Below, piece by piece: positions 39,567 to 53,100 of a stretch of 64,000 nucleotides of DNA. Both the position numbers and the translations under genes were made by a program. This DNA is from Eledone cirrhosa (Eukaryota): positions 33,170,001 through 33,234,000 of the forward strand of contig OZ024757.1 of assembly GCA_964016885.1 (NCBI GenBank), given 5' to 3'. How positions within the stretch are numbered: the stretch's first letter is position 1; the number at the start of each line of letters is the position of its first letter. A model generated the notes under the pieces. The model made no database searches, was not told the origin of the DNA, and was given only the letters and a program-made list of their open reading frames with translations.

Positions 39567-40524
39567 TTGCTAGCAGGGAAAATGGACGTTAAGCGATGAT
39601 AATGGTGTATATATATATATATGTGTGTATATATGTATATATATATATGTGTGTGTATGTGTGTGTCCTGTGTCACTATTTACTTTTCTGTCATTGTTTG
39701 TGTTTATGTCTCTAACTTAGCAGCTCAACAAAAAAAGAGATCGATAAAATAAGTAGCAAACATGAAAATAAAATAAATACTAAGAGGATGGGTGGGGGTA
39801 GGGGTGGAGGATCGATACCATTGACTAAAAATCAATGAGGTGCTCCAGAATGGCCACAGTCTAAAGACATAATGACTGAAACCAAGCAGCAAAAGAATAA
39901 AATCAACTAGATGGCTATGATATCAATATGTTTTAATCATGGGACTGCTTGACCAATTCTGACTTGTGACTAAATAACTACATGATGATGATGATGATGG
40001 ACACTCCCCACCATCACAATCACCTACCACCACTCCCCATCACCACCACCCCTACCACTACTCCCTACCATCACCACCACCACTCCCTACCTTCACCACC
40101 ACCACTCCTACCGTCACCACCATCACTAAATACCACCACCACCACTCCCTACAGCCACTACCACCACTCCCTACCACCGCCACCACCCCCACCACCACTC
40201 CCTACTGCCACGACCACCACCACCACCATCCCTCCCTACCACCACCACCACCACCACCACCACTCCCTACCACCACCACCACCACCACCACCACTCCCTA
40301 CCACCACCACCACCACCACTCCCTACCACCACCACCACCACCACTACCATCACTATACAATGGTGTAATGAATTATTGATGAATGTATTTCTAAGCCAGA
40401 ATAGAATTATTGATATATATATATATTGATAGTTATTTTCTTTTTCTCTCTCTGCCATCAATATTTGATCATTTGTGGCTTCCAATGTGATACAGGTCCC
40501 AGTCACACATCAAATAATACCACC

Positions 40525-41075
40525 TATTGATCTATCACTGATCAATAATACTACCTCTGATCAATAATACTACCTATGATCAATAATACTACCTCTGATC
40601 AGTAATATCACCTCTGATCAATAATACTACCTCTAATCAGTAACATCACCTCTGATCGATAATACTACCTCTGATCAATAATATCACCACTGATCGATAA
40701 TAACTGATCAATAATATCAACTACTGATCAATAATACTAGTACTAATCAATAATACCTAATACTAATCAATAATATCAACTACTGATTAATAATAGCAAC
40801 TAATAATGGACACTCCCCACCACTAGCAACTAATACTAATCAATAATACCAACTACTGATCAATAATACTAGCACGAATCAATAATACCAAATACTAATC
40901 AATAATAGCAACTACTGATCAATAACTAATCAATAATACCAACTAGTGATTAATAATAGTAACTACTGATCAATCACTGATTAATGATAGCAACTACTGA
41001 TTAATCACTGACTAATAATACCACAGCTGATCAATAACTAATCAATAATATAACCATTGATCAATCACTGATCGA
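40525..41075. repeat. ~20-bp minisatellite (ctgatcaataatacta core)
   Basis: Direct inspection. Confidence 0.85.
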
Positions 41076-41153
41076 TGATATAAGATTGAGTCAGCTTAGT
41101 GTATGTGTATATATATGTGTGTGTGTGTAAAAAGTAAACAAAAATAATAAAGA

Positions 41154-41197
<44 letters not shown>

Positions 41198-41261
41198 AGC
41201 GAATTTTCAACCGTCAAGGTAGTTTTCCATGGTTATGTCACTATTTATAAAACAAATTTTG

Positions 41262-41308
41262 TATTTTATCTGATGAAAGCATCCTTGAAATATATATATA
41301 ATAAAATA
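41262..41308 (+). ncRNA. Minimal hammerhead motif, AT-palindrome stem III family
   Basis: TATTTTAT-CTGATGA-AAG(CATC)CTT-GAA-ATATATATAT-A-ATAAAATA. Confidence 0.6.
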
Positions 41309-41850
41309 ATTATGGTTTTATAAATATAGTTTCCATTTATTAATATATTGATTATATATATATATATATGTATATGTGTGTGTGCGTATGTGTATGTATA
41401 TATATATATAGGGAAAATGTATACACACTTTGATTACATGTACAGGCAATATTTATTAGAATGGTGTATATATATATTTTGGGACACCCTGTATATATAT
41501 ATATATATATATATATTGTTTCTACTTTTGGCACAAGGCCAGCCAGCAATTACCCCAGTGCATTACTGGTATATATATATGTCATTATCATCGTTTAACG
41601 TCCACTTTCCACGGTAGTATGGGTTATATATATATATATCATCATCATCGTTTAACGTCTATCTTCCACGCTAGCATGGGTTAGACAGGAGTTGTCCCAA
41701 TTTGAGGCAAGATTGGTCGGGTGACCATGTCTCGCTCGTATAGGACTATCTGGCAGGTTTTCTACGGCTCGATGCCCTTCCTAACACCAACCACATTTAC
41801 AGTGTGGACTGGGAACTTTTTACCATGTTACCTACACGGTTTTACTGCGT

Positions 41851-41883
<33 letters not shown>

Positions 41884-42424
41884 TAAAATAACAGATTAAA
41901 GTTTAAGCAAAGAATCGTTGCTTTCACCCTTAACTGGATCTTCTGAAACTAAAAAAATCAATCTGTGAACGCAGAAGTGAATATTTCAAAAAACGTTGCA
42001 ACCAAAGGAAGACAGGAAGATGATACTTTGGTTCGTGGAAACGTTCTCTGGTAAAGAACGGAAAAAAGCGAAGATAATACGTCATTATTTGGAGCGGTAA
42101 GATCCCATAAGGATGAAAGCAGCGATTCTTTGCTTAAACTTTAATAAATATTTGCTCTACGGTTCTTATATACTTGATATATATTTATCCTTATCGAGCC
42201 CTCTTTGGATTTTAGTCTTCACATTTATTATTAGGTGAATTGGCAGTATCGGTAGAGGGTCGGACACCATGCTTTGACGCATAGAGTTACGGCCCTTGCC
42301 ATTCTGAGTTCAAATCCCGCTGAGGTTAACTTTGCCTTTCATCCTTATGGGGTCGATAAAATAAAGTACCAGTAATGTACTGGGTAATTGCTGGCCTTGT
42401 GCCAATAGTAGAAACAATTATTAC

Positions 42425-42467
<43 letters not shown>

Positions 42468-42982
42468 ATGTGTAATGTTTTGTACTAAGCGGGCTGAAGT
42501 ATATATAATAATGTTATATCTGTATATATACAGAATGGAGATAGCCAACAATGTTTATATATGTATATATATTTACACAATTTTTAGTTTCAACAGTCGA
42601 TCAACTTTCATCAAATTGGACCAAGGAAACAATGTTTCCATTGGTCTTTCCAATTGCTAATACTATCTATCTGTTTCAAATCCAGGTAGAAGGAGCAACG
42701 TGAAATAAAGTGTCTTGCCCAAAACATAACGCATCGCCCGGTCCGAGAATCGAACTCACAACCTCACAATTGCGAATCCATTTCTCTAACCTCTCATATA
42801 TACATGCTAAATATACGTATTTCCCCTGTAGATTGGAAAAAATACTAAACCCCTTTAACATTTACATTACTCTATATATACTATTGTATTTTCACAGTAA
42901 AGGCTTTATCTCACATAATTATCTCACATAATATCGAATCTATGAGGTTTTGATATTATTTATTTTGAGAACAATACATTAA

Positions 42983-43190
42983 CCCTTTAGCATTTAAACC
43001 GGCCAGGGATTCTCTCACCTCTTTCTCTTCAAACCAGCCATCACCGGCTACTCATACTTATGTCAAGGTATTCTCAAAATAAATAATATCAAAATTTCAT
43101 AGATTCAGTATTATGTGAGATAATTATGTAAGATAAATCCTTTACCACAAAAATACTATAGAATATATAGGTAATGTAAATGCTAAAGGG
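42983..43190 (-). mobile_element. piggyBac-type MITE inserted at the internal TTAA of a truncated sister copy (42848-42982)
   Basis: TTAA|CCCTTTAGCATTTA..TAAATGCTAAAGGG|TTAA. Confidence 0.85.
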
Positions 43191-43194
43191 TTAA

Positions 43195-43230
43195 TCGAGT
43201 TTCAGACCTAGTTGGGTCTTCATCAGAAAG
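43195..43230 (-). ncRNA. Hammerhead motif truncated at its 3' side by the MITE
   Basis: CTTT-CTGATGA-AGACC(CAACTA)GGTCT-GAAA-CTCGA. A related decayed copy lies at 19890-19970 (+). Confidence 0.6.
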
Positions 43231-43351
43231 GAGGTATATCATCTAAACAACCACAAGGAAATATGTAATCAAGGGGCTTATAAACCCTATTACTTACAGT
43301 AGTATCCTGAAATGGACATACTAATTTACATATAATTAAGATATATATTAA

Positions 43352-43559
43352 CCCTTTAGCATTTAAACTAGCCGTATCTGGCCAGAATTCTCTCACCACT
43401 TTCTGTTGAAACTGGCTGTAACTGGCTGCTCATCCAACATCAAGGTATTGTTTCCAAAATAAATTATATCAAAATCTCATAGATTCAATAATTATGTAAG
43501 ATAAAGCCTTTACTGCGAAAATATAATAGTAAATACAGAGTAATCTAAATACTAAAGGG
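43352..43559 (-). mobile_element. piggyBac-type MITE
   Basis: TTAA-flanked CCCTTTAG TIRs. Confidence 0.85.
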
Positions 43560-44171
43560 TTAAGCAGTGGTTGTAGCTCCCTGAACTTTTTACAGCCCCT
43601 TCTCGTGTTAACAAATGTGTGTTAATAAATATGCTGGCAGACAGGAACCATTCCTTGCAATGGTGAAAAAATGGAAGCTTGCCGAGTATGATCATGTATC
43701 TCGCCACAGCTTCTAGTTCAAAACTATCCTTTAGGGCACAGTCAAGGGAGGGCAAAGAATAGGCAGACAAAGAAAATCCTGGTCCGACAACATCAAAAGC
43801 TAGACTGAACTGGTCACAATACCGAGATCCTTCTACACATGACGAGATCCTTCTACACATGACAGAGAAAAGGGGCCAATGGTGATAACTGACTGTGAAA
43901 GTGTCTAGAGTAACACCTCAATAACTGGCTGCATATATACAGACATATATATATAAATAGACATAAATATATATATATATATGTATATTGATACATATAT
44001 GTAGATGTGCATATATACACACATATATATATATATAGTAATAATAATAAATTTGAAGACTAAAATCCAAAGAGGGCTCGATAAGGATAAATATATATCA
44101 AATATATAAGATCCATTAAGGGTGAAAGCAGCGATTCTTTGCTTAAACTTTAATCTGTTATTTAATAAATA

Positions 44172-45452
44172 TCATCATCATCATCAACGTTTAACGTCCA
44201 TGTTCCACGCTTGCATGGGTTTGGACGGGGGTTTTCCCACTTGAGGCAAGAGTGATTGTCTTGCTCGCATAGGACTGTCTGGCGGGTTTTCTACAGCTGG
44301 ATGCCCTTCCTAACACCAACCACATTTACAGTGTGGGGCTGGGAGGTTTTTACCGTGTTGCCTACACGGCCACATTACAGCGTGGACTGTCTGGCGGGTT
44401 TTCTACAACTGGATGCCCTTCCTAACACCAACCACATTTACAGTGTGGGGCTGGGAGGTTTTTACCGTGTTGCCTACACGGCCACATTACAGCGTGGACT
44501 GTGTGTTTTTTTGTCGTGACACCTACACGATCTCATTTGTTTCGGCCTGGATGTTGTGTCACCAACATAACTTTACATTGAAAGGGGCGGTGTGGATGGG
44601 GTGGGGGTGGTGGGACGGGGGTGTATTTTGTTAGAGATGCCTATTGACTGTAGTAGGTTTTACTTTGTATTTAGGTAAGGCGGGTCTTCTCTATTACTGA
44701 GTACCGCCAAAGGTCTCGGTCCAGTGACATTGTCTTGGAGAGGTGTAAGTGTGTGAGGTCGGAATTTATCAGCTCGTCCCAGGTTTTTCTGGGTCTGCCT
44801 ACTCCGTGGCTACCGTCTATCTTTATTGCCCTGCACTTTGTTATACAGCTATCGTCTTTCATGCGCATCACGTGACCATACCAACGTAACCTTCTCTCGA
44901 GTAAACAACATCTGATCCCTCTTATTTCTAATTTTTTCCTTAGTTCGTTTATGCTTTGCCGTTCACGTATATTACTATTACACATCCAGTGGAGCATGCA
45001 AGCTTCGTTCCTCTCTAGTCTGCGTATATCCTCTGCACACAATGCCCAGGTCTCACTGCCATGCAACATTGCTGTTCGTATGCAGGCATCATACAACCTG
45101 CCTTTCATTTTTAGGGAGAACCCTTTAGCGGCTATTAGTGGTATAAGCTCTCTGAACTTTTTCCATCCAGTTCTGACTCTAGCTACTGTACTTTCAGAGC
45201 ACCCTCCCCCACTGCTGATTTTGTCACCCAGGTAACGGAAGCTGTCCACTATTTCTATAGAACCCTCTGTGCAGTTGAAAGAGCTAGTATTTTGTGGGCA
45301 CTTGCTGCTACTTATTGCACCAGAGCACCGGCCACATGTAAAATCTATGTTCTTAGTTAGCTTACCTGTGATCCCACTACATCTTTTATGCACCCATACT
45401 TTGCATTTGGGACACAAAATGGAGTTTCTACCTACGCCTTTCCTACACACTG
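44172..45452 (-). mobile_element. 5'-truncated RTE LINE: open C-terminal ORF (44671-45452), 3' UTR and (TGA)n tail
   Basis: PHD-like CRKG..CPKC..HKRC..CGRC, FRYLG, HGSETW, RRLRWYGHVMR and GRPRKTW. The 5' junction abuts (TA)n. Confidence 0.93.
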
Positions 45453-45477
45453 ATATATATATATATATATATATATT

Positions 45478-45875
45478 CAGTAGGCACCTCTTAACCGAAT
45501 ATACACCCCAATCCACTACCCCTACCCTATCCTTCCACTCCCACCAACACCACCCTCTCTCTATAAAGTTGGTACCACAACATCCAGTCCAAATAAATGA
45601 GATAATGAGATCGAGATCGTGTAGGTGTCACGAGAAAAAAACACACAGTCCACGTTGTAATGTGGCCGTGTAGGTAACACGGTAAAAACCTCCCAGTTCC
45701 ACACTGTAAATGTGGTTGGTGTTAGGAAGGGCATCCAGCCATAGAAAACCTGCCAGATAGTCCTATATGAGCGAGACATGGTCACCCAACCAACCTTGCC
45801 TCAAGTGGGACAACTCCCATCTAACCCAGGCTAGCGTGGAAGATGGACGTTAAAGAAAGATGATGATGATGATGA
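45478..45875 (+). mobile_element. RTE LINE 3' UTR fragment, head to head with the previous element
   Basis: Homologous to the reverse complement of 44172-44650 and ends in (TGA)n. Confidence 0.8.
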
Positions 45876-46444
45876 TATATATATAGGGTGTTCCAAAAAT
45901 TGTATACACGTATTTATTAGAATGCTATTGAAGTATGTATACATTTCTGGAGGATACTATGTATACACACATACACAAATTCACACACCCATATATACGT
46001 ATATATACATATATACATATATACAACCCATTAGTCTATGCAATATTAAAATTCTTTAACACAGTGCTGAAGGTTTCAAGTTGCCAGAATTCCTTAAGGC
46101 ATCTGCTGTAACATTGATTAACCTAATTAGTTGTTTTTCCTCGTTAACTAGTTAACCCTTTATATACTAGCCTTATATTTTCTCTCTCTCTCTCTCTCAC
46201 AACCCCATTCTCTCTCGCTCTCCATCCTCTAAGTCTCACTCTCTCCCTCTCTCTCTCTCAACCTCTTTCTCTGTGTCTCTCTCTCTTGCCCAGTTAGCTT
46301 CATTCTCTCTCGCTCTCCTTCTCAAAGTCTCACTATTTCCCTCTCCTCTCTCTCAACCTCTTTCTGTGTGCATGTCTCTCTCTCTCTCTCTCTCTCCCAC
46401 AACCTCATTCATTCTCGCTCTCCTTCCATTCAACCTCACTCTCC

Positions 46445-48040
46445 TGCATGTCTGTATGTCTGTCTGTCTTCATGCCTGTCTGTCTGTATGTATGTATGTC
46501 TTCATGCCTGTATGTATGTCTGTCTGTCTGTATGTATGTCTGTATGTCTGAATGTCTATCTGTATGTCTGTATGTCTATCTGCATGTCTGTATGTCTGTC
46601 TGTATGTCTGTCTGTATGTCTGAATGTCTATCTGCATGTCTGTATGTCTATCTGCATGTCTGTATGTCTATCTGCATGTCTGTATGTCTGTCTGTATGTC
46701 TGAATGTCTATCTGCATGTCTGTATGTCTATCTGCATGTCTGTATGTCTGTCTGTATGTCTGCATGTCTGCATGTCTGTATGTCTGTATGTCTGTGTATC
46801 TGTATATCTGTCTTTCTGTTGGGTTCCTGGTGGTGGGAAGGTGGTGGTTGTCATGGTGGTGAAGGTGGTGATAGTGGTGGTTGTTGTGTTGTTGTTGGTG
46901 GTTGTTGTGGTGTTGGTGGTGATATTGGTGATAGCGTTGGTTGTTGTGGTGTTGGTGGTGATATTGGTGGTTGTTGTGGTGTTATTGGTGGTTGTTGTGA
47001 TATTGGTGGTGATATTGGTGATAGTGTTAGTTGTTGTGGTGTTGGTGGTGATATTGGTGGTTGTTGTGGTGTTATTGGTGGTTGTTGTGATATTGGTGGT
47101 GATATTGGTGATAGTGTTAGTTGTTGTGGTGTTGGTGGTGATATTGGTGATTGTTGTGTTGTTATTGGTGGTTGTTATTGGTGGTTGTTGTGATGTTGGT
47201 GGTGATATTGGTGATAGCGTTGGTTGTTGTGGTGTTGGTGGTGATATTGGTGATTGTTGTGTTGTTATTGGTGGTTGTTATTGGTGGTTGTTGTGATGTT
47301 GGTGGTGATATTGGTGATAGCGTTGGTTGTTGTGGTGTTGGTGGTGATATTGGTGATTGTTGTGTTGTTATTGGTGGTTGTTATTGGTGGTTGTTGTGAT
47401 GTTGGTGGTGATATTGGTGATAGCGTTGGTTGTTGTGGTGTTGGTGGTGATATTGGTGATTGTTGTGTTGTTATTGGTGGTTGTTATTGGTGGTTGTTGT
47501 GATGTTGGTGGTGATATTGGTGATAGCGTTGGTTGTTGTGGTGTTGGTGGTGATATTGGTGATTGTTGTGTTGTTATTGGTGGTTGTTATTGGTGGTTGT
47601 TGTGATGTTGGTGGTGATATTGGTGATAGCGTTGGTTGTTGTGGTGTTGGTGGTGATAGTGGTGATATTGGTGGTTGTTGTGTTGTTATTGGTGGTTGTT
47701 GTGTTGTTGGTGGTGATATTGGTGGTTGTTGTTGGTGTTGGGTGTTGTGTTGGTGGTGGAGATGTTGGTGATGGTAGTAGAATTGGTGTTGGTGGTGATG
47801 GTAGTGGGATTGGTGTTGGTTGCGATGGTGGTGGTGTTGGTGGTGGTGTTGGTGGTGGTGATTGGTGATGGTTTTGGTCATGGTAGTGATGGTAGTTGTG
47901 ACGTTGGTGATGGTGGGGGTGTTGGTGTTGATGGTATTGGTAATGGTACTGTTCATGGTTGTGGTGTTGGTGGTTGTGGTGGTAGTGTTGGTTGTTGTGG
48001 TGGTGGTGGTAGTGTTGGTTGTGGTAGTGGTGGTGGTGAC
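46445..48040. repeat. (TGTC/TGTA)n tract followed by a GGT/GTT-rich tract with 103-bp higher-order units (47130-47640)
   Basis: Identical ORF-track entries recur every 103 bp. Confidence 0.9.
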
Positions 48041-48338
48041 AGTCAGTTCTAGCTGAATGATATTGTGACCTGATTTCAAACAACACTCCCCTCCCTCCTT
48101 CCCCCGCACACCATTCTCACTTTCTACATCTTCTTGAGTCAGCTGATGATATTGGAGGGGGTGGAAGTGGTCGGGAAGGTGAGGGTGGTGGGTTAAATCA
48201 TGAATGACAAATTTCCAAATTCTTATGATTTATTCTTTACATTTCCAGAATTCTTTTATTCTCTCACTGCTTTCAGTCATTAGACTACGCTCATGCTGGA
48301 GCACCGCATTGATTGAGACAACCATATTGGGCTCAGCA

Positions 48339-48412
<74 letters not shown>

Positions 48413-48527
48413 TTTTCAAGTCTGGTACTTATTTTATCAAACCTCTGTTTTGTTGAACAACCAAGTTGCATGAGGTAAATAAACACACACAGAGACATAC
48501 ATACACACACATATATATATATATACA

Positions 48528-51353
48528 CATTTATGCTTTGTCGGTCGCGTATATTACTATTACACATCCATCGGAGCATGCAGGCTTCGTTTCTCTCTAA
48601 TCTACGTAAGTCTTCCACCCTCAGCGCCCAGGTCTCACTACCATGTAACATCGCTGTTCGGATACACGCATCATACAGTCTGCCTTTCATTTTGAAGGAG
48701 AAGCCTTTTGCAGCTAGCAGTGGTAGTAGTTCCCTAAACTTCTTCCATCCCGTTCTTACCCTAGTTATTGTACTTTCTGAACACCCACCTCCGCTGCTAA
48801 TTCGGTCACCTAGGTAGCAGAAGCTGTCTACTGTCTCTACAGAGCCCTCCCAGAGATTGGTGGTACTTGTTTCCTGTGGCTGTTTGCTGCTTGCTGTCCC
48901 AGCACAGCTGCTGCATGTGAAGCCTACATTCTTAATTAAGCTTCCTGAGATCCTGCTACATCTCTTGTGTACCCATTGTTTGCATTTGGGGCAGAGAATG
49001 GAGTTCCTACCTACACCTTTCCTACATACTGAGCAAGGCCATTTCCCTGAGGGGATCTGGGTTCTGTTTTCTCGTCTACTTACATGGACCTTAGTCTTTG
49101 TCATGTTGACTTTGAGACCCTTTCTTTCTAGTCCCTGCTTCCAAGTTTGGAATTTCTTCTCTAGTTCTACCATAGATTCAGCTATAAGTGCGAGGTCATC
49201 AGCATACAGGAGTTCCCATGGGCATCCGGTCTTAAATTCCTCCGTTATTGCCTGCAGGACTATGATGAACAGGAGAGGGCTAAGAACAGAGCCCTGGTGG
49301 ACACCAACCTGTACGCTAAATTCCTCGCTATACTCATTGCTAATCCTAACTTTGCTGACTGCTCCCCTATACATGGCTTGTACAGCTTTCACAAGCCATT
49401 CATCTACTCCTAGTTTTCTAAGAGCCCACCAGATTACAGCACGTGGAACTCTGTCAAAGGCTTTCTCGAGATCGACAATGCCAGGTAGGGTGGCTTACTT
49501 TTAGCTAGGTACTTTTCCTGTAACTGCCTCACAAGGAAGAGGGCATCAGTGGTGCCTCTTCCTGGTACAAACCCAAATTGCATCTCATCTAGTTTCACCC
49601 AGTCCCTAATCAACTGTGCTATAATTCTTTCTGTTACTTTCATGACCTGGTCCATCAGCTTTATACCTCTATAGTTTCCTCTATTGAGTGCATCACCTTT
49701 ACCTCTGTAGCAGTTGACAATGATGCTACTGCACCAATCTTTTGGTATGACACCTTCTAGTATTACCTGGTTAACAATACGTGTGGTTATAGTGTGACCT
49801 ACAAACCCAGATGCCTTCAGCATCTCGGCAGCTATACCCGATGGACCGGTTGCCTTCCCCATCTTCATATCTTTGATTGCCTTACTTACTACGATGCTGC
49901 TGACTTGTACTGCTGGCCCCTCTATAGGGTCTACTTGGGGTAGGGTCTCTTCTTCCCATGCATTCTCCTCATTTAGTAATCTATCATAATGACTCTTCCA
50001 TGCATCTTTCTTCTCAGCACTTGTGAGGGCAAGCTCACCTTTATCATTCCGGATACACTTCTCTCCAATGACATCACAATTCTCTCTGACACACTGCCTC
50101 GCAATCTTGAACACCTCCTGTTTCTGGTCCTCTCGTTGCAAAACATGCTTGAATTTTCTATCCTCTGCTTCCCTCCTAGCTAAGTATACTTGTCGTCTAG
50201 CTTCCCTCTTGGTCTCTATGTAATGTACCCTGCTCCCCCCGTTCTTCCATTCTTTCCATGCCTGTCTCTTGGCCTTAACTGCCTCATCTACCTTATTGTT
50301 CCACCACCAAGTCACTCTCCTCCTGCTTGTGGTCTTACTCCAGCCACAGACCTCATCCGTCGCCTCCAGTAAGTTATTTTTTAGGAACTGCCAGTGCTCT
50401 TCTACATTGAATGTCTCTATCTGTTCTTCTCTACTGTCATAGGCGTTGAGTAAAATATCTTTAAATCTGTTACTGGCTGAGGGGTCTTTCAGCTTCCAGA
50501 TCTTTCTTCTCCAGGTTTGCCTCTGTTTCCAGGTTCATCTAGTTCTGACTGTGAGGTCGCTGACAACTAAGCTATGTTGGGAGGTACATTCCTCACTAGG
50601 GAAGGCTTTGTGTTTACGACCGTCCATCTGTCACGTCCTCTGATGAGGATAAAATCTATCTGACTAGAATGCTCCCCTGATCTATAGGTGATCAGGTGGT
50701 TGTCAGGTTTTTTGAAGTTTGTATTACATATCGACATCTCATTGGCGTCGCAGAATTCTAGAAGTCTGAATCCTTCTTCATTTCTTGTGCCAACCCCATG
50801 GATTCTATTGAAGCCGTCACAGTGTTTACCTACGTGTCCGTTAAAATCTCCTGCGATGATTAGGAAGTCATTGTCATTTGTTAGAGCAGTAGTGTGGATT
50901 AGGGACTCGTAAAATCTATCCTTAAGTTCGTCTGGCAACCCCGATTGGGGTGCGTAGGCTGATATTATTGTGGTAATTGTTTTATTCAGGACTAGTCTGA
51001 GTTTAATGATTCTTGCATTTACCCTGTACACTGAGATTACTTTATCTACCCACTTGTCAGCTAGTAGTATACCTACACCACCCATCCCATCGTCATTTCC
51101 CACCCAGAAAAATTTGTAGCACTGACTTTTTCCTACAAGGACTCTAGCAGACTCTCCTCTCCATCTAGTCTCTTGCACACAGCATACATCAATTTCCTTT
51201 CGCTCTAGCATTTCTACGATTTCTCCTGCTCTTCCTTTCATCGTGCTTACATTGATGGTACCAACTCGGAGTTTGGGGCATTTGTCGATTTTTGCAAGGG
51301 TGTGTGTGTGCATCCTCTCTCTGGATTGGGGCTTCACATGGGTGCTTGGTAGC

Positions 51354-51355
<2 letters not shown>
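48528..51355 (-). mobile_element. Near-full-length RTE-clade LINE (APE, RT, PHD finger), frameshifted and 3'-truncated
   Basis: ORF pieces 50567-51355 (APE: GTINV, QET, YAPQ, GDFN, QIDFIL), 49434-50315 (GKATGPSG, NYRGIKL, QFGF) and 48528-49392 (GVHQGSVLSP, YADD, FCYLG). Both ends are in (TA)n-rich sequence. Confidence 0.95.
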
Positions 51356-51390
<35 letters not shown>

Positions 51391-51677
51391 AGTATTTATG
51401 TGTGTGAATGTTTGGAGTATATACAGTGCAAAGCCCCAGCGGACTACAAATCAAGCTAGTTCTTAAACCATGATGAGATGTAGGGTGGGTATGGTGGGGA
51501 GGTAAAATCACAACAACAACAACAGCTACGACAATGACAAAAGCAATAACAGCAACAACAACAATAAATCATAGACAATATTGATTGCAACATGTCAGCT
51601 GCTGCTATGACAACAATAGAGACACCAATATCATAACTATCTTCAACACAACCCAAGCTGGTACCATATATATATAA

Positions 51678-51927
51678 AAGTGACACAGAGGAGACTGGAG
51701 TTAGCTGGACATGCTCACCGACATCCAGAGTTGACATTGCACTCAGTGCTCCTTTGGGAGCCCCTACATGGACACACTAGAAGAGGAAGACCAAGGTTAA
51801 CGTATGTTGATGCCCTAAGGACAGACACTGGTCTGTTGGAGACGCAGGACATGGCAGCGATAATGAGGGACAGAGACCGCTGGAGAGAACTCGTCCATGG
51901 ATCTTGGGAATTTTACCCGCCTTAGAT
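51678..51927 (+). mobile_element. 5'-truncated RTE-like LINE 3' end (second family)
   Basis: [40 protein letters not shown], flanked by (TA)n. Confidence 0.85.
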
Positions 51928-52444
51928 AGATATATATATATATATATATGTGCATATATTTATATATACATACATATACATACATACATATATATATACA
52001 TATATATACATACATATATATATATACATATTTATATATACATATTTATATATACATATTTATATATACATATATATACATATATATACATATATATACA
52101 TACATATATATACATATATATACATATATATACATACATATATATACATATATATACATACATATATATACACATATATATACATATATATATATACATA
52201 TTTACACACACATATATATATATATACACATTTATATATACATATATATACATACACACACATATATATATATATATATAAATATATATAACCCATGCTA
52301 GCATGGAAAATGGATGTTAAACGAAGATGATGATGATGATGATGAAACACACATATATATATACACATATATATATTCCAGTACTGCCAATACTGGAATT
52401 GAACCATCAAGACCGTTGAGGTATGTCATACATCAATTCAAGTA

Positions 52445-52505
52445 TTTTATCTGACGAGGACGTACTGAAAAAATAACACAGTACCTTCGAAATATATATA
52501 ATAAA
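52445..52505 (+). ncRNA. Type I hammerhead motif, AT-palindrome stem III family
   Basis: TTTTAT-CTGACGA-GGAC GTACTG..CAGTAC CTTC-GAA-ATATATAT-A-ATAAAA. Confidence 0.65.
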
Positions 52506-52834
52506 ACATATATTTTGATTATGTGAATGTCTTCATTTATTAATGTTCTGAATAATATTAATAACACCAGAAAACTTCCTTGTAGAGTGCTTCTAATCTA
52601 TTGTAAAACTATATTCATTGAGTAATCAATGAACCATATTAATCTTTGGTTATATATATATGCATATCCCATGGTCAAAAACCTAAGGTTTCAAGGCCCA
52701 ATTTTTACAATCTCCCCAGATTGTAAAAGCAATCAAATTTGTGACCTAATCGTCAGGCACTTGGACGAGTTTGAAGATACCATTAAAAATAAGCATATTA
52801 AATGTTTCTTTATGAAAACTTAGCATAACATTTC

Positions 52835-53100
52835 TTCATGTTCAGAGTTGCTGAAGCATGGAACAAACTACTTGCATCCGTTGTTAGCTTTCAGGACTCT
52901 GCATCCTTCGAAACTTCCATGCTTCCTGAAATTCGCCAACACTACACCTGATATTCTCCTCCATATACATGCATGTATCTGTGTATATCATGACTCATAC
53001 ACTGTTCACTTTCCTGACATTTGTACATTATTCTATGTACCATACATGCACATTTGATGAGTTGTAGTTCACCTGAACACTGTATACAATAATTTTCATT
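52835..53100 (+). mobile_element. CR1-type LINE 3' end
   Basis: FRVAEAWNKLLASVVSFQDSASFETSM. Homolog of 5845-6102. Confidence 0.75.

Noticed and set aside
48409-51511. An active autonomous LINE
   Set aside because: It has at least two frameshifts and lacks the 3' end. The ORF-track ends are extensions into microsatellite.
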